Shown here: positions 13,653 to 26,726 of the stretch, piece by piece
How the letters are laid out: every line of letters begins with the position of its first letter
How positions within the stretch are numbered: the stretch's first letter is position 1
Source of the DNA: Octopus bimaculoides
Taxonomy: Eukaryota
Assembly: GCF_001194135.2 (NCBI RefSeq)
Contig: NC_068985.1
Coordinates: 1,679,622-1,743,155, forward strand
DNA length: 63,534 nucleotides
Reading direction: 5' to 3'
Program-made: the position numbers and the translations under genes
The notes under the pieces: model-generated
Databases searched by the model: none
What the model saw: the letters and a program-made list of their open reading frames with translations, nothing else
What the model was told of the DNA's origin: nothing

Positions 13653-13722
13653 CCTTTTCCACACCTTGCTTTTCCACATGTCCTGTGGAATGGATCATAG
13701 CCTCGAAATATAGAAATGTAAG
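13653..13722 (+). CDS. Candidate exon (A-FSTPCFSTCPVEWIIASKYRNV-R)
   Basis: Acceptor ttattgtaacag, donor aag|gtaaaa; 70 nt = 2+66+2; stop-free and continuous with the next two exons. Confidence 0.55.
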
Positions 13723-14807
13723 GTAAAACTACAACTTTATTTAGTTTTGTTTTAGGTTACTTTTTATCTTCTTGCATTGTTCCAGCCTTGTGCAACAAAT
13801 CTCTTTAAATTGATATCACAAAATGCTTCACCAAAACTACTCCATACATATGTGTGTGTGTGTGTGTGTGTAGGTGTGCATGCACACACGTGTGTGTATA
13901 CATACATAAACATACACACATACTCTACTTACATATCTTTATACAGCTATGAAATACAGCAATTAAAATCTAAAAGACTTTACTGTTTATTCACAAGAAA
14001 TGAGTTTTATATTCTCAGAAAAAAGTTGGTGAGAATATTTCAATAAATATATTATAAATATATTAATAAATATATCAAATCTACACCTGAAAAATGTTTA
14101 AGTATTCATGTGAATTTCTAAACATGCACTTTGTAAATACATGTATATGTGTGTGTGTATGTGTGTGTATTTGAGGTTTTATGAAAACGGCTGATAGCAT
14201 GATAAAAGAAATATTACAACATAGGAATAAAGAATATTCCTCTTAGTTTCACCATATTCTTCATTAGAAGTCTTTAACATCACCAAAATACATGTTGCAA
14301 GATGAAGTTGTTTTATTCCTATATATGTAACTTTTATAAACTGTGTTAATGAAGCTGTTTCTCCTTAGATTGAAAATATGACTAACAACCTTAATCAGTT
14401 TTTATTGAATTTTCATCAGAGGTATCTGCATCAATTTGACCAGTCCCAGAGAAACAAGCAACCAATCTGTCAATATACTCAATCATTTCAGTTGTTACGG
14501 AAAACTGAGGTTGCTAATTTGCATATAACATTAACACTTTATTTTTAAATATCAAAGGCCTTCCAATGGGGATCTGAATTCACACAGTATCAAGCTATGA
14601 TAGATGTAACCTATCCAGTGCCTTTTATAAGTAGGGATAATTAAGTTGTTTTCTTGATTGACTGATCTTATAAGGAGAAATTGTTTTATTCGTATATGTT
14701 AGAGGCTGGAATTGTCTTATTTTGATATAAAAGGCAGAAAAACCTCATTGAATTAAATATGAATTTATGTTGATCAAGTTATTCAAAGAAATTAAAAATA
14801 AAATACA

Positions 14808-15198
14808 GGAGTGGCTGTGTGGTATGTAGCTTGCTTACCAACCACATGGTTCCAGTTTCAGTCCCATTGTGTGGCACCTTGGGCACTTTGTGTCTTCTGC
14901 TATAGCCTCGGGCCAACCAAAGCCTTGTGAGTGGATTTGGTAGACGGAAACTGAAAGAAGCCTGTCGTATATATGTATATATATATGTGTGTGTGTTTGT
15001 GTGTCTGTTTGTGCCCCCACCAACGCTTGACAACTGATGCTGGTTTGTTTACGTCCCCGTAACATTAGCGGTTTGGCAAAAGTGACCAATGGAATAAGTA
15101 CTAAGCTTACAAAGAATAAGTCCTGGGGTGCTCCAGCATGGCAGTGCTCCAGCATGGCCACAGTCAAATGACTGAAATGAATTAAAGAATAAAAGAAT
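14808..15198 (+). mobile_element. SINE family A, full length. Other copies at about 270-725(-), 15285-15650(-), 30214-30640(-), 38305-38720(+), 39420-39600(-), 41275-41697(+), 50755-50900(+), 56347-56550 with 57320-57580(+); 3' fragments at 7015-7150, 8030-8200, 15700-15760
   Basis: tRNA-like head ggagtggctgtgtgg..ggttcagtccca..ggcaccttgggca, internal (TA/TG)n, tail ctccagcatggcc.cagtcaaatgactgaaac(aagtaaaaga)n recurring in more than 10 copies. Confidence 0.85.
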
Positions 15199-16417
15199 GA
15201 GATAGATATTTCCTTCCAGAGAAAAACGTTAGGTTGCAGACTCAAAGCCGTGCCAAGGCATCGACCAGAGAATCCTGGATTTTATTCCTTTTATTTTTTT
15301 ATGCTTTTATTTGTCTCAAACATTGATCTGCGGCCATGCTGGAGCATCACCTTGGTGAATTTAGTTAACCAAATCAACCCCAGAAATTATTGGTCTTTTT
15401 TGAAGGCTGGAACTTATTCTATCGGTCTCTTTTTTTGTTGAACCACTAAGTCACAGGACTAAAAGTAACCAACACCAATATGATGGGCTTCTTTTAGTTT
15501 CCGTCAACCAAATCCACTGACAAGGCTTTGATTGGTCAGGAACAAAGCTATAGCAGAAAACACTTGCCTAAAGTGTCACACAGTGAGACAGAACTCAGAA
15601 CCATGTGGTTGGGAAGCAAGCTTCTTACCACACAGCCATGCTTACACCTGCATTTTCTGTAAGTCTTTAGTTCTTTAGTCTTTAGTCTTGACAAATCAAA
15701 AGACCACTTCCAACATGGCCACAGTCAAATGGCTGAAACAAGTAAAAGAATAAAAGAATATGTTATTTTCCTTAAGCTTTCCAGATTCTTCATTATTTTC
15801 AAAATTTCATTAAAACCGTTCTCATAAGAAACGTAAAAAGCATCAGACAGTCTGCTATTTATACCAAATCTGTGTGTTTCAAACTAGGAAAGCAGCCAGC
15901 GGAGGTAAGTCAATCTTCTAGTAATAGAAACTAAATCTCACCAAAACTGGAACCTACCGTCTTTGAAGAAGGAAGAGCACACTGACTACTGGATAGAAGA
16001 CAGGATGGTCACAGCTGGAATAACTTTTACCATAATTCTGCTTAATCAGCCTGAGCTAGTGCAAAGCAACAACAACGAAAATAAACAGCCTTTGTCTTTT
16101 AGTTCATAATAACATATTAACTCTACATATCCCATGTAATATTGGAGAAGACATTATGAATCCATAATCCACTAGCAAAAAAAAAGACAAAAAAACAAAA
16201 AAACATCTTTATCAGAATCAATATTTCTCAATATATCTGTGGTAACAAACCTTACAGAAAATATTAATCTTTAACAGACAACAGAATGTAGAGGTTATAA
16301 ACAGAAAAAAAAAGACTAAAACATCATTACATAAACAAATACAAAAAAAAGCTAAGATCTACTTTCTTATTTCATTTCTCATCTGAATCACACGTTTTAT
16401 GAATTTTATTGCACATA

Positions 16418-16492
<75 letters not shown>

Positions 16493-16881
16493 TGTGTGGA
16501 TGTGTATGTATGTATATGTATTTATGTATATATTTATGAATATATGTGTGCCTGTATAAATACACACACAGACACACAGAAATATCATGCATATATTCAT
16601 ATATATCATCAGACACATGTGCATATTTATATACATATAATATATAAATGTATGTATAATATATGTATGCTATATATATGTGTGTGTGTATGCACATATA
16701 TATATGTTATATATAAGTATAACTGACATATACTAGATACATCTATACATTCTCATACAACTTCAAAAAAACACTCAAATATACTCTCCTTCTGCACCGA
16801 TACATATACATATGCACATACATCATCATGCGTATAACTATATTAAAACAATACATACGTGCACATGCATGCATATATATG

Positions 16882-16912
<31 letters not shown>

Positions 16913-16941
16913 CTATATATATATATATATATATATATATA

Positions 16942-17161
16942 NNNNNNNNNNNNNNNNNNNNNNNNNNNNNNNNNNNNNNNNNNNNNNNNNNNNNNNNNNN
17001 NNNNNNNNNNNNNNNNNNNNNNNNNNNNNNNNNNNNNNNNNNNNNNNNNNNNNNNNNNNNNNNNNNNNNNNNNNNNNNNNNNNNNNNNNNNNNNNNNNNN
17101 NNNNNNNNNNNNNNNNNNNNNNNNNNNNNNNNNNNNNNNNNNNNNNNNNNNNNNNNNNNNN
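16942..17161. other. Assembly gap. Other gaps at 23917-24139, 34619-35358, 36319-36395, 43476-43660, 50029-50466, 51032-51765, about 56712-57155 and 63148-63157
   Basis: N runs, nearly all bordered by simple repeats. Confidence 0.99.
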
Positions 17162-17459
17162 GCATATATATTTATATATATAAGTTCATATATATATAAT
17201 TTGTACGTATATATATGTGTGTGAGAATGTATGCATATATGTTTATATACATATGTATGTGTATTTATGTGTAGATATATTATATATATACATACATATG
17301 TATATATATATATATATATATATATCTGTCTATGTATCTATCTATATATATATATAAGTGTATATATATACATACATATGTAGCTAACACATACACAAAC
17401 ATGATATACACATGCATACGTTCTCATATAACTTCACAACCACTCAAGTATACTCTCTC

Positions 17460-17504
<45 letters not shown>

Positions 17505-17507
17505 CTC

Positions 17508-17549
<42 letters not shown>

Positions 17550-17921
17550 CTGATATTATCACAGATTTCAATTAAGTACTTTTTTTTTCTGTCACTACGG
17601 TAACAATGCATAATAGAGTTTTAAGAGAGAAGACGAAAAGGAAATGAATTTTCTCAGCTAATATTTTATTGAATTGTGTTTCAGTGTGTTATAATGTGTT
17701 GTAGTATGTTTGTTATTTGTTATAATGTATTTATTATAAATATATTAAATAAATAAGTTGTCTTGAAGTGGAAATATCTATGATATTTATTGTTAGCTAA
17801 CGGTGAGAATGTAGATACCATAACATATTTTTCATGGTGATATCTTAAATAACAGAGATCTTAAAATGCAGAGTAACACAGGGAACAGTTCCACATTCTT
17901 TCATTTTTTTTTCCTGCCAAG

Positions 17922-17980
17922 ATGGATGAACTACAGTCATTTTACAAAAAAAAGAACAAATCACGACTGGAAATATTTTG
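17922..17980 (+). CDS. Candidate exon (R-WMNYSHFTKKRTNHDWKYF-D)
   Basis: Strong polypyrimidine acceptor tcatttttttttcctgccaag, donor ttg|gtaaaa; 59 nt = 1+57+1; followed by a 124-nt GT-AG intron. Confidence 0.6.
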
Positions 17981-18104
17981 GTAAAATGTGATTGAAATAA
18001 TTTAAATATTGTGTTTGTGTGTGATTGTTTTTGTACATTGTAACTAAGTAGAAAGAATGTGACTCACAGTACTTTTTTTTTATTCTTGTTCATCTATCTC
18101 TTAG

Positions 18105-18175
18105 ACTGGTTTGCTAAATACCATAATGAGTTTCACGTTGGCTTGGAATTGCTGCCAGAGAAAGATAACGAGTAA
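18105..18175 (+). CDS. Candidate exon (D-WFAKYHNEFHVGLELLPEKDNE-stop); two possible donors, after 18171 and after 18187
   Basis: Acceptor ttcttgttcatctatctcttag; in frame with 17922-17980; TAA at 18173-18175; donors GA|gtaatc and gag|gtatga. Confidence 0.55.
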
Positions 18176-18788
18176 TCTACATCAGAGGTATGAGGTCTAA
18201 AAATGTTTTCTTTGCACACAAAGTCCATTTTTTATGACATCTGAGTATGAGGTACGTTAAGAGGACATGAAAAGATGATCAGCAGAAACACAGTATTGAG
18301 TTTAAAAGATGAACTACCTTAGGACAGGTAAGCAGTGGTAGTCCATAACTTAAAAACAGGCAAGTATAAAAGGTTGTGGAACGTAGATTATTATTGTTTT
18401 AACCTGAAGATAATCGCCACACAGTCCAGCCATTCCAGCCACATTCTTTCTATTTTTTCTGAATATCAGAACTTCAAAATCCATTGTCTTCTCTTATTTT
18501 TATTTGATATAATATGGTGGTGGTGGTGGTAGTGGTGGTGGTGGTGGTGGCGGCGGTGGTGATTAGTGGCAGATTTTGTTACTCTTTGTTGCATGTCAAG
18601 CGATTATACACAGTCTCTGTTATTAATATAGATGAGTGAAGATGCAGCCTCATGGGTAGGATGGGTCTGCAAATTTTATAGCTCCAGTTTGTTTTTGTAT
18701 GCCTTTAGTAGAGTTCAGTCTGCTGCAACCATTTATACTAGATTTCTGGTTCCCTACACAGTCTGTCTATGCGTATATCATTGAATAT

Positions 18789-18884
<96 letters not shown>

Positions 18885-20048
18885 ATCCTTTGTGGATAAA
18901 CAAAATATATACATGAGATGTATGGTTCAATTAATAATTGCAACGAGCTGTTCTTGTTTTCTTAAAAGGATGAACTAAACGAAATCTTTCAGAGATTTGA
19001 ACAGAGCAACTTGAATTGTGTAGACAAATACTATATTTCATGATAACTTGCTTTGCATCAAGCTGTATGGAGCATTGCTTAAGACTCATTGATTTTTTTA
19101 GAAATTGTACAACAGAAAAGTTAAGCCATGCATGCATTGCAGTCATTGCACTGAAAATAAGAGAGAGGTGCAGTCAAACTGAAATAGTGGACATTACAGT
19201 CAATAGAATTTCTCTCTAGAGCCATATGCTATATTTGGAGCCAAAATGCATTGATTCAAACAACCATATTTGAGAGATTCCATGTGCTTGTGTAAAGAAA
19301 TGTCAATAGTTGTTAAACTGTAAAGTAATCCAAGCTTAGATGGATTAGAGAGAATAACAGGGAAAATGTTGGATCAAAAACTTAACAAGCTCGGAAATAA
19401 TATTTCTTTTATACTAATGCATTAAAGTTCAAGGATCAGATTTTCGTGTATTAGTTGCTATTGAAAATGCCAACAAAATATCTTCCAGGCTTTAGAGAAA
19501 TCAGAATTCTTTACAGATTTTCTTCATAAAAAACACTATAAATTTATTTACTATTTTTTTCTTTTTATAAGTGATACAAAGCCAAACATTTGTAATTGAG
19601 GAGTTTAACTGGTTGAGTTCACCATGTACAAGACTGCTGTTTTATGAAATCCAAGGAATGGATCTTCCACATGGTCACTCAATTTGCTAAATATTGCAAT
19701 CAAATTTCCCTTAAATGACACACAACTATCTTTTGAAAAGAAATGCAAAAACATTAGGTCACATGATTATTAGCAGCAGAAACAGTATTCACATCAAAGG
19801 TAATATTGATCCCTGCTTAAAACTGGTTGTTGTGTTAGAACGCAAAATTCTGCAACAGTTGCAATGAGAGAAACTCATATTGGCTTCCAGTGCATATAAG
19901 CACACTTATCGCAGTATTTTGTGTTCTACTAAAACATCCACTTTTAAGAGGGGATAAACATTACCTTTTGGTATTAATACTGCTTCCATTATTAGTAATC
20001 ATTTCTTAATTAACCCACTGTCTATTCATTAGAGCAGTGCTTGTTTAG

Positions 20049-20120
20049 GCATTGTGATAGCAGCTATCTCCAGCATCTGGGCGTCTACAAGGCCAGAGAA
20101 GGCCAAAATCATGTGATCTG
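20049..20120 (+). CDS. Candidate symmetric exon (HCDSSYLQHLGVYKAREGQNHVI)
   Basis: Acceptor gcttgtttag, donor ctg|gtagcc; 72 nt, phase 2/2; compatible only with the proximal donor at 18171. Confidence 0.3.
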
Positions 20121-22989
20121 GTAGCCTCAGAGATGGCAGGGGATTTATCTCCCCACTGGCGATGTAAACAAGAGTGTTTATATGCACCAAATAGTCTTAT
20201 GAGAGTTCCTCTTATGAAAACTATTGCAATATTTTGTGTTCTAACACAACATCCGCTTATAAGTGGGGAATAAATATTACCTTTAGATAGCATAGTTTTG
20301 AATATATGAAACATGAATAAAATATCTAAAATTCATGACTATAAAACTTTTATTATTGATTTGCTGGATCAAGGCTGATTTGCAGTTAAACAACAACAAC
20401 AACAGCAACAACACATATTCCTGTGGGTCATCGTCAGTTTAGTCAGAACGGCAAAGTAATCATGACTCAGAGAAAATAAGCAGAGAATTAAAAACTACAA
20501 CTATAAAAGTAGGTTTCATTATCATACTTGATATAATGAGCCAAGAGATGTTTATAAATGAATATTAATCCCTGGTGATGATAAAAAATTCATTATGCTA
20601 ATAATTCATTCTGATTAAGACAAAAGAAAAAAAAACAAGAATTAATTTGAATTAATTAAAGATAGCATTCGGTGGGAATTAAGGTTAATCTTTAGCAGCA
20701 CAGGGATAACTCTGGATATGTTTCAGTCTTATTAGAACTCATCATTAAAGAACCTTAGTCTAACTATTTCTGCAAGGACGATGAAAGAGAACAAAGAACT
20801 GCAATGAATGACCACTAAGTGGTGCAATAACTTAAAAGTGCAATACAATTTCATTTTCTGGGTTTACATGTGTTGCACAACAATGTTTCAATTAATGTAA
20901 CTTGATAGACAGAAATGTTTCAAAGAATTTGGTACAGTTTGATCAGGGATTAGATCTTGATATGGTTTGGTGTTATAATTTCTTCAGGTTTTTAGTTTTA
21001 TGTTCATTGGTTCATATTCCATTACCACAGCACCAAGTCTGTGGAAAATGTACCTACGTAACACAAAATGGGTGCCACATGTTCTGGTAGGAATCACTCC
21101 TGAGAACCTAGGGCTTTCTTTGATGTGCTATGGTCAGGCCTAACTAGTAAGTCTAGAGAAGGTATAAGCTTTAGTCAGAGAAGTAAATTTTTCCAATGCA
21201 AGTATATTTTTAATCAGTATATTATCTGTAAACATTTAGGTTTTCTCTGTCTAAAGAAACCATTTTGGTGGATGTTCAACTTAAATATCAACAGGTCAAC
21301 AGCAAGATGATAGTCAGGAGAAAATTCAAGAGAAATGTAATTCTGAAAGATAAGGATTGGACAAAAACTACTGAGTATGCAGTCTTGCAGGAGCAATACA
21401 CTAGACATGAAAGAGAAAGAAATATGGGTGGGTAAGTGGGTGGGTGGGTGGTTGTAGTGAATCTGAGAGGAGAGAAAATTAATTCTGAGGAACAGAGATT
21501 GTTGTGGAAGATGAATGAAGACACATCTCTTCAGTGAACCAGTGATTACATAGTATATTAGTGAAGGTACATGCTTCAATAGTTAGGGTATTTGGCTCAT
21601 GATCATAAGGTTATGGGTTCAATTCCTGGCCTCATGTTATGTCCTTGAGCAAGACACATTACTCCACGTTGCTTCAGTCCACTTGGCTGGCAAAGTGAGT
21701 TGTATCTGTAATTCCGACGGCCAGCCTTGTGACATCCTGTATCATTCTGAATCTCCCTGAGAACCACCTTAAGGGTACACATGTATGTGGAGTACTCAGC
21801 CACTTGCACATTAACTTCCATCGATCAGATCAGCTGAACTGCTCTTCCTCACAACTAATGGAGAGCCAGTGCTTATAGTGTCTTGACGAATGACTCTCTG
21901 CTAATCAGTTGAATTGTCTTCTTTTAGAAATGGTCAAGTTTCTCACGTGAGTGGCAGTAGCAGAAGCAGCATCCAAGACATTTGAGCAGTTCTGGAATAA
22001 AGAATTGATGCAAGTTACAGTTTCATAGAGTTCAATGCACTTTCATTTACAGCACAGCTTTTATACAGTTTAATGGGTTCAGTGACACTTTTAAAGGTTC
22101 ATTAAGCATTTTAATCTAGTTAATTAGTGTTTAACAACATTGATGTTTCTTTAGGTTTGTATGAATTCTGATATTTTTAAATATCTAATTTGTGATTGTG
22201 CTGGTGTGTGTCAGAGGAGGGGGGGACACTGGGGTGGGTTCTATTGTAGAGGATTAGATTAAACGAGGAAGACTAAAGTTCATATTTTCTTTTACAGGAA
22301 AGAATTTGGTTGGTTTTAGAAATAATTCATAGGATTTGGGGTAGCAGATAAGGAAAAAGAAAGAGAGAAAGACTAAAAGAAAGGAGGGTAGGCAGATATG
22401 GAGAGGATGGTGAGTCAAGGAGAGGGAGATGGTGAGGAGGAGGAGGCAAGAAAGATAAAAATAAGATGAAAAAAGAAGAAAACAACAAGGAGAAAAAGAA
22501 AGAGAAAAAAGGGAAAATGAAAAACAAGAAGAAAGACAGCAACAATGAGAAGAAAATCAACAACAACAAACACATGTTCACTCATACATAGAGAGCTGCA
22601 GACATAGATAGATATTTATACTGTTCAATGCACACATTTACACAGATGTGGAAAACACTGCTATTTAATTGTAGTGTTCGTTGAGTGAAGTCATCTCATT
22701 CCCTTAGGTGTTGCCCAGAGGCAAGGTTCATAACTTAAACTGCTGTGTTGGTTTGTTGCTATGAATCATAGCTTTTCTGTATAGCTTTGAGTAAGAGAGG
22801 AGTGGGGGTGGAAATAGCCAGTGCTTTTTTTTTTTTTGTTTTTTGATTTTTCAACCTGGAAAATGTCAGCAAGGGACAAAAGAATACAGGATAGATCTAC
22901 ATGTACACACACACATATATATATATATACACACACACACACCCACACAAACACACACATATAAACACATAAACACACACAAAAACATG

Positions 22990-23110
<121 letters not shown>

Positions 23111-23617
23111 ATGGTGGAGGAGTATTGACATCAGATCTAATATGAAAAAAAAGAGAATTCCAAATGATTTATCATATCTTAGAGTTGTATTTGTCTGGCA
23201 AGTGGCTTCATCTAAGACAGTCTGTTCCAACTGAAGCAGTTACATCATCGAAGAATCATTTTAGAATCATTTAAGAACACCAAAAATGGTTACTTTCACT
23301 TTTTTCTATATTTCTTTCGAGTACAATCGAATACGAAACATTAAAAAGTTTTATTACACTTGAGTAATGCTGTGTGATTGTATTAATGGCCAGGAGATGG
23401 AGTACAGGAAATAGAGTACAAGAGATAAAGTACAGCAAAACTTTTTGACAATTCATAGTAGAGTGGACCTGTGAGCAATAAAAAAAAATGGAAGTGCTTA
23501 AGTATGTTTTTAAATACTTGAAATGGCTTATCTCTGATGTAATAGCAGATACACTGTTGCCGATTTTATTATTATTATTGTTGTTGTTGTTAATTATATT
23601 ATTATTATTATTATTTT

Positions 23618-24525
23618 GGCCTGACACAGGTTCAGTCTTATTCCTGGTAGGAATTATGTGAATAGCAGAATACTACCTATAACCCTCTGTATCCACAAGT
23701 TTTCAGCAGTCTTCCAAGTGCTTAGAACCCTCCTGATAATCCTTGCTTTCCCTAAGAGACAAACATTCTGTAGGAGCTCTACCAAGCATTTTTCTTCTTC
23801 TCCTCCTCCTCTTTCTTCTTCTTCTTCTTCTTCTTCTTCTTCTTCTTCTTCTTCTTCTTCTTCTTCTTCTTCTTCTTCTTCTTCTTCTTCTTCTTCTTCT
23901 TCTTCTTCTTCTTCTTNNNNNNNNNNNNNNNNNNNNNNNNNNNNNNNNNNNNNNNNNNNNNNNNNNNNNNNNNNNNNNNNNNNNNNNNNNNNNNNNNNNN
24001 NNNNNNNNNNNNNNNNNNNNNNNNNNNNNNNNNNNNNNNNNNNNNNNNNNNNNNNNNNNNNNNNNNNNNNNNNNNNNNNNNNNNNNNNNNNNNNNNNNNN
24101 NNNNNNNNNNNNNNNNNNNNNNNNNNNNNNNNNNNNNNNTACTATGATAGGAATTGTTTTTGTTTTTAGATTCCACATTCGAGTTATCTCTATTTCCAGG
24201 TCTTTGTATTTTGAAAGTTTTTCCATTTCTTTTCGAGAAACATTGTCATCTGCTGGTATTGATACATCAATTAGAAAGCATTTTTTTTCTTCATGATCTT
24301 TGACAACTATATCTGGTCTATTTGCCTTAATTTCTCTATCTGTGTGTATTGGCATATCCCAGAGTATGGTTGCTTTCTCGTTTTCTGTGACCTTTTCTGG
24401 CGTGTGTTTATACCATCTTTTTTCTGTTGTTATTCCATAGTGTTGGCATAGCTTCCAGTGTATATAGGTCCCAGCTCTGTCGTGTCTGTGAATATATTCC
24501 TTCTTAGCCAGGACTGGGCAGCCAT
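23618..24525 (-). mobile_element. 5'-truncated R4/Dong-type non-LTR retrotransposon (restriction-like endonuclease domain), interrupted by (GAA)n and a gap
   Basis: Open frame GCPVLAKKEYIHRHDRAGTYIHWKLC..ILWDMPIHTDREIKANRPDIVVKD..CFLIDVSIP..EKLSKYKDL..PIIV..LQNVCLLGKARIIRRVLS; RHD, PD and KxxKY motifs; (ATT)n on both flanks. Confidence 0.9.
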
Positions 24526-24527
24526 AG

Positions 24528-24558
<31 letters not shown>

Positions 24559-26633
24559 GTTATTATTATTATTATCTATTTATTATTAAAATGAATACTA
24601 ACTGAATAATCAACAACAGTAACAACAGCATCAACAACAATATCTACAGCTGAAACAGTGATATGGGAATAAAAAACAAAAATTAATACTAATAATAATA
24701 ATAACAATAATAATAATGGTTTCAAATTTTGATACTGGGCCAGCAGTTTTTGGATCTTGCTCCAGCTTCTGGAGTGTCACTGTTTCTATAGTTTTACATA
24801 ACTGGTTGAGGGTTTGGACAAGTGCTGTTTCTGCCGTCTTTCTTCCTTCTTCAAGTGTTTCCTTAGTTTAGGTTGATTTAGTTGGATAAGACTGTGAGCT
24901 TGGAGGAGATCTCTTTCAGTTCTTTTCAACCTGTCTTCACTTTGTTCAGGTTTTTGCGACATTTTCGTTCCTCGTGTGGTGAGTATATTTAGAAAGCAAA
25001 GTTATTTTATGCTGCATGGGTAGAAATATAGGAAAAATAGAAGTTGAAAATGCACTGAGAATAGTTAAAACATATTTGAAGTTTTAACCGGTTTCATGGT
25101 ATACACTGATTTTCAAAAAGTTCAACTACAAACTACTCCCACCTGACAGATTAAATTTGGAGTGCCTTGATTATAACTAAACAGGTTCACTCAATCCTGT
25201 TGGATTTCTTTTTAGGTGCAAAATATACTGTCACATGACACTAACCCACCACCATTGAGGAATACATACAAAAGGTTATAGACTTGATCATGTGTTCATT
25301 CTCTACAAACATTCAGAGCATTGATTGCTTGAACTTGTTCAGTCAACTGTGTCAGCCTTATCTTATGATCCCAAACGCTGTCACTTGATACTAACACAGG
25401 GAACCTACAAACATAATGGCAGATCAAATACCGCTAAGCATTTTGCCCAGTGCGCTAACGATTCTGCCAGCTCGCTGCCCTTATGCAGCGAAAATATTCT
25501 TTTCTACTCTAGGCACAAAGCCCAAAATTTTGGGGGAGGGGGCTAGTGGATTAGATTGAGCCAGTACACAACCAACTGGTACTTAATTTATCGACCCCAA
25601 AAGGATGAAAGGCAAAGTCAACCTTAGCAGAATTTGAACTCTGAACATAAAGGCAGGCAAAATGCTGCCACGTATTGTGTCTGACATGTTAACAATTCTA
25701 CCAACTTGCCATCTTAAAGCAGTGAAAATATTTATTTTTTTATTGCTCACAGGGGGATAAACATAGAGGGGACAAACAAGGACAAAGAGATTAAGTCAAT
25801 TACATCAACCCCAGTGCATAACTGGTACTTATTTAATCGAGCCTGGAAGTATGTAAGGCAGAGCTGACCTCAGCAGAATTTGAACTCAGAACGTAAAGGC
25901 AAACAAAATACTGCTAAGCATTTCGCCCAGTGTGCTAACATCTCTGCCAGCTCGCCACCCTTATGCAGTGAAAATATTAATGAAGAAATGCTCCTTAGTT
26001 TGTTTTAGCCATCATGGCTAAAGCTGAGCTGGAGCACCACTTGTAGGAAGTCATGAATTTATGGATCATACTGGCTTGCTTACATAAGTCCCCTCAATGA
26101 AAACAAAAACAACCATAAAAATGGCAATAACAGAGAAATGGCATCAATAATATCCTCACCAGTGACAACAGCAATGCCAACAACATTAGAGATAATTACA
26201 GGAACTTCATTAATAGAGTTAACAACAACAACAATAATTATTGTCATTTTTGTGGCAACCCAAATTCAATTTTTATAGTAAGGCATTAAATCTAATTAAT
26301 TAAATCAAAGCTAATCTTTGTAAAGTAAATTTGCTCTTCATGGGATTTGAATTGAAAAAGTTCAGATAACGACATTAACAAATGCATATAAACTATATGG
26401 AAATTTAGTGTTGTAACAATGATGAGAACAGCAACTGTAGCAGTAATAGCATTAAGACAAGCTAACCAGGAAGCCTCTGTGCAATCAGTCAACCTGCAAG
26501 AAATAACATTGAAATCTTTCTCAAATATTACGCTGCCTTCTTAAAAAAGATTGATAAACCAATCCTGAATATAGAAGTCTTGCTTGACTGCCAGAGTAAC
26601 AATAAATGTTTGGTACAGAAATATTTCTCTTAG

Positions 26634-26726
26634 TATGAATGATACCTTCAAAGGTAGATGGTGGATGAACCCGCATGAGACTTGCACTAAAAAGCACAAC
26701 CTGGTTTACAAATACTCTCAAAAAAT
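26634..26726 (+). CDS. Candidate symmetric exon (MNDTFKGRWWMNPHETCTKKHNLVYKYSQK)
   Basis: Acceptor atatttctcttag, strong donor aat|gtaaga; 93 nt, phase 2/2; protein-like composition in unique sequence. Confidence 0.45.

Noticed and set aside
15783-15904. Open segment ending in a strong donor gag|gtaagt
   Set aside because: Its phase-0 end does not fit the phase-2 start of the 17922 exon; no family resemblance
18173-18175. A-to-I recoding of the TAA stop
   Set aside because: It would need both adenosines edited, and no supporting local duplex was seen; an alternative donor is simpler
19016-19219. Possible hAT dimerisation-domain relic or exon (DELNEIFQRFEQ at 18978)
   Set aside because: Similarity too faint, and the phase does not fit the exon chain without reading through a stop
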